Origin: the human T2T-CHM13v2.0 reference genome, Homo sapiens
Length of the DNA: 64,000 bases
Direction: 5' to 3' (one strand)
Assembly (NCBI RefSeq): GCF_009914755.1
Contig: NC_060937.1
Both the position numbers and the translations under genes were made by a program. Of the stretch, positions 1-11,088 are shown piece by piece; position 1 is the stretch's first letter; the number at the start of each line of letters is the position of its first letter. The notes below the pieces were generated by a model. It did no database searches. It was not told the origin of the DNA and was given only the letters and a program-made list of their open reading frames with translations.

Positions 1-233
1 GATATGTTAAGATACACAAATACCACTGCATTATAATTGCCTATAGTATTCAGTACAGTAACATGCTAAACAGGTTAGTAGCCTAGGAGCAATAAGCCAC
101 CTACCATATAGCTTAGGTGTGTAGTAGTCTCTTTCATCTAGGTTTGTGTAAGTACACTTTATGATGCTCATACAATGACAAAATCGCCTAATGGTACATT
201 TCTTATATCTCAGGCATAAATCAATACATGACT
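1..233 (+). mobile_element. Tigger3/Golem (TcMar-Tigger DNA transposon) 3' end, cut by the window start
   Basis: Matches the recalled Tigger3 end: GCCTAGGAGCAATA..CCATATAGC.TAGGTGTGTAGTAG..CATCTAGGTTTGTGTAAGTACAC, ending in the degenerate TIR ..CATGACT. Confidence 0.85.
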
Positions 234-369
234 TTGAAAAGAAGGCCAGAGTAGGTCTCTGAGGAAGGTGCTGTTGAGAAGAGACCGACATGGGCAGAGG
301 CGCCAGCAATGCAAAGGTACAGAAATGGTGAGAACTACCAGGCAAGAGAGATGTCAAGTTTCAAAGACA

Positions 370-750
370 AAAAAGCCCGGAATAGCTGGGGCAAATATTA
401 GATAGAGTCAGAGAGCAAGGCAGGGACCAGACTCCAAAAGGCAAGAAAGCCATGATAAAAAGCATGGGTTTGAATGTTAGTTCTGTGCAGAGAATGGATA
501 GTAGTGATGTGGCAACCAATGAAGACACCAGGTTAAGGTAAACCAGCCTAGCAATGATGGTGTTTGGACAAGCCCATCAGCAGTGCAGATGGTGAAAGAG
601 AGAGATTGCTTCAGAATATATTTGGGAATCACAACTGAAAAGACCTTAAGAACCTGGTGGATGATATAACAGAGGAATCAAGATTGACGTGTCATTGGCT
701 AGGGAAGGATAGTGGAGCCTGGCACCACTTCCTACAATGGGAAATTTCTT
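370..750 (-). mobile_element. L2 LINE fragment
   Basis: Purine-rich antisense L2 text: GCAGAGAATGGATAG..GATGGTGTTTGGAC..CAGAATATATTTGGGA..GAGGAATCAAGA. Confidence 0.6.
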
Positions 751-2149
751 TTACAATGTAAAATTCTTTGACCATGACTATTATGCTCAAATTCTTTTTT
801 AGTATAACAAGACTGGCATATATAAATGGTTTTCAATGACCATCATTGTCCCTGTTCATTCTCTTAAAGATTGTAACTGTAGCCAGCAATAGACTTCACT
901 CTTTATGTAGGCCGTTATGTTGGAGGTCCTTGGATTGCATCTGTGCGAGATACTGTTAATTAATCATATGATATCACTATCTCTGTACAATAAGTATATA
1001 AAATATTTCAAAATTTGCTTTGGTCCATAAATGGTAACTAATTGATAAATACTCCAAGGAATAAATAAGTAATAAAATATATGCAATTAGTCACTTTAAG
1101 CATTACTGTCATACGGTGGGAGCCTAACTGTGTTTGAAAGCACTGTCTACATCCTTCTGAGTATTGTGCAAATCAAGGACATTATAGCATTGTAACGGAA
1201 GCATATAGGAAAGCACAAAACACATGTGCCACGTAACTATGTGAGGTAGGAAATCATCTGTGGAAAAATCTTCAGTGCTTTGCAGCCACAATTCTAAGAC
1301 AGACAACACTCTTGGGCTGTTATCCACATCAACTATTTACAGTTCTTCAAGTCTACTTAATTGTAGCTTCCAGTGCCCTTGTTACTTGACTGTCCTACTC
1401 AAAATTTCTCAAGGACCCTTGACTTCTTCCTTTTAAATTCGGCTCTGTATATAGATCTTTCTGAAAATCAGCCCAGTGTTTAAGATGAAATATTCAGGGA
1501 AAAGAAGACAAAAGTCAGCAAATGAGCTGACCCCACAATAAAGCAAACTCATGAAAAGCAAAATGTGTAGTTGAAAAAGTAAGCTTATGCTCTAATAAGA
1601 AAAAGAAAAAGGTGTGAAGTTTTATCTGGCATGTGTATTTTAGGCCCAATGAGGTTTGCAAACCTTTTCTCCAACTATTGCTCTGCCTGTTGCCCTGCTG
1701 TTATTTCAATCTAGCACTCCAGCCTGGATAGAACAATAGAGTGATACAGAACAACTTTTAACATTGCATTTTGTTTGTGGATCAGAGTGTTTTTAAAATA
1801 CTGTTTTCCCCTTTGTCTTAGAAGGCAATATGCAGCCAACTTCAGCCAATTGTTGGGGTATAGCCATTCTGCCTGAATATAGTATAAATGACTTCAGTGG
1901 GTAGAACTCCAGTGGGACAAAGAACAGGTGACCAAGAGTCATTCACCACAGATGCATGAATGGAAGCATAGCCATCACAAAGAAGAGCCAAAAAAAGGAA
2001 TAAGGCAAATGGGATGACACTGATGCATCCCTGGAAATAATATCAAGATATCAGGACTGTAGCTCGTTGTCTGATGTTTTAAATTAAAATAACTGAGCTA
2101 CATTAGTTTTTTAATGTTTTGAAATTAGTCAGTATGGCAATAGTGGCAG

Positions 2150-2730
2150 CAAGGTATGAGAGAATTGAACTGGAACTTCGGGTTCCTGTTCTGATTCTTC
2201 CACTAACTACGAGTCACCTTGGTAAAGTCACTTCAATTCCTTGCACCTCAATTTCCTCATCTTCAAGCTGGAGATAGTAAGAATCTTCAGTGTTTAGGTA
2301 TATTAGTCCTTTTTCATGCTGCTGATAAAGACATACCCAAGACTAGGCAACTTAGAAAAGAAAGAGGTTTATTGGACTTACAGTTCCACATGGCTGGGGA
2401 GGCCTCACAATCATGCCGTAAGGCAAGAAAGAGCAAGTCACATCTTACGTGGATGGCAGCAGGCAGAGAGAGCTTGTGCAGGAAAACTCCCATTTTTAAA
2501 ACCATCAGATGTCATGAGATTCATTCACTATCACGAGGACAGTGCAGGAAAGACCCACCCCCATAATTCAATTGCCTCCCACCAGGTTCCTCCCATGGCA
2601 CGTGGGAATCGTGGGAGTTACAATTCAAGATGAGATCTGGGTGGAGACACAGCCAAACCATATCACTAGGTTGGCAGAAAGTTTAATATGATAAATCATG
2701 TAAAAACACTTTGAAAGTATAAAATGCTCC
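2150..2730 (+). mobile_element. MIR SINE, split by the THE1 LTR
   Basis: Core GTCACCTTGGTAAAGTCACTT..CCTCAATTTCCTCATCTT..GGAGATAGTAA before 2299; the 3' part (GGTTG..ATGATAAATCATGTAAAAACACTT) resumes after 2665. Confidence 0.7.
2299..2665 (-). mobile_element. THE1A/THE1B solo LTR (ERVL-MaLR)
   Basis: Full-length reverse complement of THE1 (TATTAGTCC..GCTGCTGATAAAGACATACC..CACAGCCAAACCATATCA) with a 5-bp TSD TTAGG/CTAGG. Confidence 0.95.
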
Positions 2731-2824
2731 AATGATTTTCAGTTGTCTGTATTAGACATTAGGAGAAATTGGCTCCACATTCTGATATTATATAACTATG
2801 AACATGTATAGAAACTTAGTAGGT

Positions 2825-3060
2825 AACATCTATTGAGTCCTTACTTTGGATCATGAGCATGAATCATCCCTTTTAATCCTCAGCATAATTTTGTGGGTAG
2901 GTACTATTATTGTCCACATTTGACAGAGGAGAAAATCAAACATGGCTTGGAGCAGTTAAGCAACTTGATCAAGTTCACCTAACTAGTTAATTGCTGAGCT
3001 AGCAATTGGTTTTAGTTGTATCAAATTTCAAAGCAAAAATTTTAACTCTGCATGCTATTT
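2825..3060 (-). mobile_element. MIR SINE
   Basis: GGTAGGTACTATTATTGTCCACATTTGACAGAGGAGAAAA..GTTAAGCAACTTGATCAAGTTCAC, the antisense MIR core. Confidence 0.8.
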
Positions 3061-4594
3061 ATAATTGTAGCTCCAACTATACTATGAAGTAACCTTAAAA
3101 ATGCAAAACTATGAAGTCCTTCCAACGGTTTTAAACTGTGATAACTCAAGTTAAACATGGCTTTTGATGCCCATGAGATAGACTATAGTGCAAACACTGC
3201 ACTTTGCTGAAAAATATAATCAATATGGCTACTTCCTCCATACAAATCACTTGTCTTTACAGCAACTGCTGAGTGTTTATATCAACTCATCACGGAGTTG
3301 CCAGTTCCTAATTTGAAACAGAAGTAGCCATGTTTATGGAAAACACCACCATTCTAACTTCATTTAGAAGAGGATGTTAAGTTGACCTGAAGTACACAAT
3401 GCTTTAGTCTTAATTACTATGCTGTCCCTATTGTTAGTATTATGGCTGGAAAGATAGCAGTTTTACTAATAAAAATCATCAGAATGCCATAATTTTCAAC
3501 ATAGTTCAACTGTCTTCAAAGAGTAGACAGGGAATGTTCCCTTGGTGCTAAGTAACTAAATGGCATTTAAGAGGTAGGAGGATGTTTTTCCTTCCCATCT
3601 TAAGATAAGTCACTTTCAAATAATTTTTAATACCTGAAGTTGACAAACTGCCTGGATGATAATTGGAATATACAGAAGACTTCACTGATGTTTGTTGAGA
3701 TGGAAGGAAATAGCATAGCACATATACAAACAATCTAATGTTGAAGTTAAGGCACTGGCATCTTTATTTTTGTCTTGGGTCATCCTGTCATGTTGCTTGA
3801 CAGTCCCCCTAATTTTCCAAAGTTTCTGTGTCCTCACTCTCAGGAGCAAAAGCTCCAATTCTATTTCTTTTCTGGAATGGCTTCAGTTGACTTTAGCTCT
3901 GTTTAGCATGGCCCATGCATACAGGTTTGCGTCTCCTCTAAAGGCCCAACTAAACTCCAGGGCAAGTCAGCACACTCTTTCAAGGGTCTCTGACCAGTAG
4001 AAATTCCATTCCACCAGCTAAATAAACCTGTAGCATATGCATCAGTGTATGGTCCATTATGGTCCCTAAAGATTACTAATTTAATTATAGAATGCTATGA
4101 TATAGAATTTTTACTATTTAGAATATCCTAATAAATTGTATTTATTTGTACTGCCATAACTGTAATATCCCTCATCCCAATAACAACAATAAAAATTCTT
4201 GCTGTGTGGATTTAGAGTATCTGGAATAATTAGTGAGAAAATAAAGAGAGATAGAGGCATAATTTATTCATCCCTGTTCAGTTTTCCAGATATGCTAGAA
4301 AGAAAGGGCACTAGCAAAAGGTTTACAGCTTTCCTCACCAGATGCTTTTTATGCTTTACAAAAATTATGCATGGCAGATAATTTCAATACACTAAAAAAT
4401 TACAGGAGAAGATAAACAATTTTCTTCCTTATAAAAATTTTATTATTGAAAATTATTGGGGGCAGAGGATGGAAGGATGGGCTATAAATGGAGATAGCAT
4501 GTATAGTTGTTAATGAACATCTGCTTTTATTGAGAACCTACTCTAACAAAGTTTTAAATGTATTTTCAATCTTCCCAAATTAACTAAATGGCAG

Positions 4595-5152
4595 TGTATT
4601 AGTTACTGATTGCTGAGTAACAAATCACAACACAACTTAGTGTTTTAAAACAACAATTTTAGTGTTTTAAAAGCAATGATAAGTTTGTATTATCTCTTAT
4701 GGTCTTGGTGCGTTGGGAATTCAAAAACAGCTTGGCTGAGTGGTTCTGGCCTAGAGTCTGTCAAGGAGGTTAAGACAGTAGTCTGAAGATTTCTGCATTC
4801 TCATCTCTGGTGCTTTGGGAAGATGCAAGCAGTTCCTGGTGGTCTCTCCACATGATTTCTTTTGCATGATAGATTCAGGAGAACTAGACTTGTTGTATGG
4901 TGCCTCAGGGAGTCAAAGATGCACATCCCCAAAAGAAGAGAGACAGGTGAATGCTGTATCACCTTTTATGACCTAACCTCAAAATCATGTAGTATTACCT
5001 GAACCACACTAAGTGTAAAGGCTGTAAGAAACTCTTGTCTAGATTCAAGAGGAGGGTAAATAATGACCTCTTTATTGGAGGCACAATTTTAGAAGAGCAT
5101 GTGGGACCAGAAATATTGTTGTGGACCTTTTTGGAAAATATAATCTGTCACA
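4595..5152 (-). mobile_element. MLT1 solo LTR (MLT1G/F-like), inserted in a degraded MIR
   Basis: Starts TGTATTAGTTACTGATTGCTGAGTAACAAATCAC and ends AGAGCATGTGGGACCAGAAATATTG..TTTTGGAAAATATAATCTGTCACA. TSD GGCAG/GGTAG. Confidence 0.85.
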
Positions 5153-5186
5153 GGTAGGTATCGCCAATGTAAAGATAAGCAAACCT

Positions 5187-5536
<350 letters not shown>

Positions 5537-6498
5537 TCATCTGGTAACATTTGGTTCAAGGTATATGGGACTGGTGGTGCCATACTTCCTTAAGTCTGTC
5601 AATATTGCTTTGTCCTATATTCCATGCATCACTGAAATCCTTTTCTCATGACCATCAAGACGACAGCATACAAACTCTCCATTATCGTTAAAAACACACC
5701 TTTGGAATATCAGATGACTTTACTTCTACCTCTCTGGCTTTTATCTAGGTCAACATCCATATTTCATCACCTTTCTGCTGGCTAGGCTGATGAGAAGCAG
5801 AGAGTCATGTTGCCTTCTTAAAAATTTTAACTTCTTTGTTTGCACCCGCAGATTTACATTGACAACATGCACAACAGGCTCATGTAAAAGGATTATCTGA
5901 TGTGTCATCATGACTTAATGAAGAACGCAAATGCTTCTCGATGAAATTGAAGTAAAAAGAGGAAACAGAAGGGAAAATGAGAGTCTAAAAAGAAACAAAG
6001 AGAAGTTAACTTTTAAGAGATGACAAATTCTACCTGCCACGATGTTTTATTTTAATCTGAAAGAAATTATAAAGCTGATACTTTCTGAAAATATATCCTT
6101 TTACAGTAAATATTCTTGTGAAATCTGCCAACCTACTTTTGTTTTATTTCAAAAGCTTTTGTACCTCTCCAGACTAAACAAAATACTTAAAAGATGATAT
6201 GGACATTTAAAAATATTGTACTTAAAAATAGAGAAGAATAAAAATCAAGAATTCATTCAAAAGAATAGTGAATTCAAATAACTTTCAAATGTTATTCTAA
6301 TTTATGAGTTGCTGCTACATCGATCTTCCTACTGAAAACAAAAATATCTGTTGCTGACATCTACCAAAAAGTGAATTTTTTCCCCAAATTGAGCTGAGTC
6401 CACCTGTTTTGGTAATGAGTTAGAGAAATATATTCTGTTCTTTTTTAGAAGCTCCATCAGAGTGGAAGACATTTATGAACTATATAAATGTCTCATTA

Positions 6499-6522
6499 GA
6501 CTCCGTCTCAAAAAAAAAAAAG
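6499..6522 (+). mobile_element. Extremely 5'-truncated Alu (terminal GACTCCGTCTC plus poly-A)
   Basis: GACTCCGTCTC(A)12G lies between two perfect copies of AAATGTCTCATTA (6486-6498, 6523-6535). Confidence 0.85.
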
Positions 6523-7149
6523 AAATGTCTCATTAATTTTTAGTTATTGGTTTCTCATTCTATGACCCAGAGTCATGAAAATTTCAGAAAACCACAGGTT
6601 ATTTGTTGAGTGTTCAAATTGCATAATTAAATAACTGTCATTGTTGGGAAAGGAGAATGATATGGAAGACATAGCCCACACTTGGCTCTTGAAAAGTTTA
6701 CCGCTGAACTGAGCTAACAGATAAAACTTCATCAATTTCTTATCACTGAACCTGAGGGTTACACACAGCTGCACACATCCTTGCTCTGTAACTCTTTCTG
6801 TGAGAGAGGACATGTGTAACTTCCTATCTAAGGTCAATCCCTTTATCCCTCTTCTGAGAGCTGCAATGGAGATCCAGAACACAGTGGAAGAATATATTGA
6901 AATATGTGTATCTAAGGTGTTCTATAAATTCTCATTTCAATGGGCTGTCCCTTAGATAACCAACACTCATATGTTGTTTCATTTCTCAATGCATCTTACT
7001 GTGTTCCATATTACTTTGAGTCTAATGGAATGTACCAGCTTAAATGGAGACTGTATCTCTGCCTTTATTACTAGATCTGGTTGATATTGTTGTTATCTGG
7101 AGTTTGAGAACTCTCTTCCCTTATCAGGTGAGCTGCATAAATAAAATGG

Positions 7150-7380
7150 TATTTAGTCTGTATAGAGTGTGTACCGTGTGTGCAATTCTGTCTAAGTATT
7201 TTCCTGTTATTATGCCACATAAACTTGCTGATAACCCTATAGAGTAGGTAGTTATTATTCCTATTCTACCAATGTAAAAATTGAGGCACAGAAAATTTAA
7301 GTAATTTTTAGAGCATGAAGCTAGTAGTAGGTAGTGTCTGAAACCAGCTATTTCAAAACTCATGCTCTTAATTATTACTG
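7150..7380 (-). mobile_element. MIR SINE
   Basis: AACCCTATAGAGTAGGTAGTTATTATTCCTATTCTACC..AAATTGAGGCACAGAAAATTTAAGTAA..CATGCTCTTAA. Confidence 0.8.
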
Positions 7381-8240
7381 CAAACTGCATGCTAATAATA
7401 AAGATGTAAAAAAATCAAGATGGAAAAAGAAAAACCCAATAATTTTTATCAATATGTCTATAGAGGTGAAAGCACTAAAGAATTTGTGTTACAAGTTCCC
7501 TAAACCTATCTTTTTGTTGTGTATTCTATTACTCCAAATTCAAAGTTTACCAGGCATTATGGATATTTCATATTTACTTTTTAAAAGTAAAATAAAATTT
7601 AGATAAACTGATATGTGGTAATGTGGCACTGAATAATCTAATTGACCATAGTTATATATATATATTTTATCTCATTGGTGTGTGCTGACAGATCAGGTAC
7701 CCACTGAACCATCTTAGTAAAAAAACAGTAATATTGCCCAACATCACTAGACATTCATCAAGTTCAGTTTTTAAATGAACTTATTACTAGTTGCTGCCTT
7801 TGTGTTTCTAGGTCAAAAAGAAAAGCATGATTATAATTCTTTAAGCATTTAAAAAAATTCAAAATTGCCCAATGCAGTATAATATTATAGTTTTATTTTG
7901 TGAAAAAAATGTTCTCAAGGCCATAAGCCAACCTTATTAAGCAATAGTAGCACAGATTTTTTTGTATAAATAGAAAATATGGTGGCAGATATAGAAAATT
8001 ATAATAGCTTAATCTCATTTGTAACAACAAAAAACTTCAAACTGCTTGCACACTATAAGCAGAAAATCAGCATTCAAGGCTGCCCTTTGGAGAATTTGGT
8101 TTATTATGAGTCCTATAAAGTATCTTATTCTAATATACCTGTGAATTAAAGTTTGTGCAAATATTCAACTCAGTTGTACTGGAAGTACTTTTTCAGGAGG
8201 AAAAAATGATTCAGCTCCACTTATACTTTCATTAAATTAG

Positions 8241-8618
8241 TGTTTTAGTCCATTTTCATACTGCTATAAAGAACTACCTGAGACTGGGTAATTTATAAAG
8301 GAAAGAGGTTTAATTGACACACAATTTATCATGGCTGGAGAGGCCTCATGAAACTTACAATCATGACAGAAGGCGAATGGGAAGCAAGGCATCTTCTTCA
8401 CAAGGCGGCAGGAAGGAGAAGTGTTGAGCAAAGGGGGAAGAGCTCCTTATAAAACCATCAGATCTACTCACTCATATCATGAGAACAGCATGGAGGAACC
8501 TCCCCATCATCCAATTACCTCCACCTTGTCTCTCCCTTGACATGTGGGGATTATGTGAATTATGGGGATTACAATTCAAGATAAGATTTTGGTGTGGACA
8601 CAAAGCCTAACCGTATCA
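8241..8618 (-). mobile_element. THE1C/THE1D solo LTR (ERVL-MaLR)
   Basis: TGTTTTAGTCCATTTTCATACTGCTATAAAGAACTACCTGAGACTGGG..CAAAGCCTAACCGTATCA. TSD ATTAG/ATTGG. Confidence 0.93.
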
Positions 8619-9039
8619 ATTGGTTTTAGAGAAGATAATTTCACAAGTAATTTAATCTTTTATATTTTGTTCTTATGTCATGAGGAAACATGACCTTGTG
8701 AAATTGAGTATTAGAGTAATTAGGAGAATGAAGGTATCAATGGTTTGAGTCATAAGGATGGACATCTACTGAGTTTGAATAGATAGTGACATGGGTAGTT
8801 CTACACTTTAAATTGGTCACTCTAGGTATACTGAGGAAATTGTATGTAAGGGAAAGCAAGGTTGAGAAAGCAAGTCAAAAAGAGCAGTTAAGCATCTTTC
8901 CCAATAATTTAGGAAAGAAATGTGATATTATCTAGGGATCACAGAGAATAAGTGAGTTTCAGGAGGGAAAATCAATACAAAATAGGAAGAATGAATCAGT
9001 ATATTTATGGGAATTATATAGATATAAAGGGAAAATTTT

Positions 9040-9482
9040 TCCAGTACCACATTCATTTGTTTTTCTTCTGAAAGCACTAGCTCAAATTACTCATAAGAAG
9101 CCAATCCTTCCCCTGTCACAGTGGACAAGGTTCAGTTTGGCTGTGAAGGTCAGCATGTAACTCATGCCTGATATATCATGAATTAAACTGGGATGGACTA
9201 GTAACAATACTCACTCCCTAAAATTTTCTTCTTTCTTATTCCTGGCCTGGAAGTTGAAAGCTGGTAGAATAGAATGTGGAGATGCTGAAGGCCAGAGTAT
9301 AGAAAACGTCTGCCAAATTATCATATAAAGAGAGCTAAATTAAATACTAATAATATAGTTTTATTAGCTCCTGGATCCGACCCTTTCTGAAGCCATTATG
9401 CTAATTGAATTCTTTTTCATTTTTTTCTTAAGATAGTTCGAATTGGGCTTTTGTCATTTGCAGTAGGAAGAATCCTGAATAT
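9040..9482 (+). mobile_element. Old MLT1 LTR (MLT1J/K/L-like)
   Basis: 3' signature TTTTTCTTAAGATAGTTCGAATTGGGCTTTTGTCATTTGCAG..AAGAATCCTGA, and internal AGCTCCTGGATCC..TGAAGCCA. Confidence 0.6.
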
Positions 9483-10539
9483 TCCCTGAGGCTGGTAGAA
9501 TTGCAGAATATGAGCTCCAAGTTGCTTATGTAAAGCATTATGAAAAATATAATAAAGTGCAGGTCAAAGATCTAAAGATTTTGGTAAGTCTTTGGGTTTT
9601 CACTTTTGAAATTTTGCAGTGCATAGTATTTCTTTCAAATTTTGTTTAATGACTCATAAAATCTGATTTGAAGTTTTTTATAAAGAACTATTTGTATCCT
9701 TGGTGTTTGAGGTATTGCTTAGTGTATGTTTCAATTACAAACTTTTTGGTCAAGTAATTTTGGAGACTACATTTACACAAAAAAACTATAAAATTGATGA
9801 TGACAATAACTGAAATTCTCACTTAAGTTTTTAAAGTTAATTCGATAAATAAAATGTAAAATAGAAAAATGAATGAAGAAATACTAATCACTAATGCCAT
9901 TTTGTTGTCTTTGCAACAAAGTACTCTACTGATCACAATTATTTGAAATGTGATACAACCACATGAAATGCTCCTTTTGGATTTGACTAGGAGCCAGGAG
10001 ACCACTAAAAAATTGCTTCACGTAATCTTGGTATTTTCATATAAAGAAAAATGAATATGTGCTATGGTTACAATTTATAACTGAGGAAGAGGGTATTAAT
10101 ATGTTCCAACAATAAAGATTTTCCTTATTATTATTGTTTAGCTATTTAATCCAATAGTTTGTGGATATAAAATTTTCCTTAAAAAAGCATTATTTGAAAA
10201 ATAAAGCCATATTAGATATTTATTCTATGTTTAATGGGCACATTGTTTATCATTTTAACTAAATCAAAAAATTATTTATGATTTATCCAGGGCACAAAAT
10301 CCTCAATACTATTTAATCAATATTTCCTTTTATTAGATACCTTTTTATTAAAGAATAAAGGCAACATAAGACTATAAAAATCCAAATATAGAGTAAAAAA
10401 ATATTTTCAGTGATTCTTTGATAGTTTCTACTCCAACAGTTCTGATAACTTTTTCCATATATCAATAAACTACATAGAATCTGTTCCTTGTGCTATTTTT
10501 CTCTGAGGGGTTGATCTTATTCCTATTTATTTCAAAGTG

Positions 10540-10950
10540 AATTTTATGTATTAAGAAAACTAGACATTTCCTTTACCTTTTCACTGATTATGATGGGTTT
10601 TCCAATGCAAAGGTTTTTTTTTTTTAATTTTTATGTAGAGTAAATAATCTTTAGCTTTATGACTTCTGCGTACTATTTCATACTTATAGAAGACTGTCTT
10701 GTTCTAAAACCATTACAATTTTCTCCCAGAATTTTTTCTAGCCTGGTTCCATTTTATTTTATACACTTACATCTTTGCTCCCTCTGGATTTGTACGTGTG
10801 TGTTTATTTGCTTAATGTTTGTGTTTGTAAGATATGAGGTTTCAATTCAAATTTATTCTATTCTAATTTGCTGTTCAGTTTTTTCTGGTGTCATTTGCTG
10901 CATAGTTTATCTTTTCTCAGTCATTTCAAATGCTACCTCTTCTATCACAT
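10540..10950 (-). mobile_element. Old L1 (L1M/L1ME) ORF2 3' fragment
   Basis: T-rich antisense L1 text (AAGGTTTTTT..AATTTTTATGTAG..TTTATGACTTCTG..GTAAGATATGAGG). Confidence 0.6.
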
Positions 10951-10984
10951 AAGTATACACACACACCCACATATATGCTACAAG

Positions 10985-11088
10985 GGCAGAGAGAGGTTTG
11001 TCTGTTTTGTTTATGTTCTACACTAGCATCTGGAATAGAAAGTACCTAGCACATAGAAGGAAATTAATAAATATTTGTTGAATGAACA
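10985..11088 (+). mobile_element. L2a 3' end
   Basis: GTCTGTTTTGTTTATG..AGTACCTAGCACATAG..AATAAATATTTGTTGAATGAA, the typical L2 terminus. Confidence 0.8.

Noticed and set aside
2219-2633. Overlapping 105-115 aa ORFs
   Set aside because: They lie within the THE1 LTR/MIR and are typical repeat-derived ORFs.
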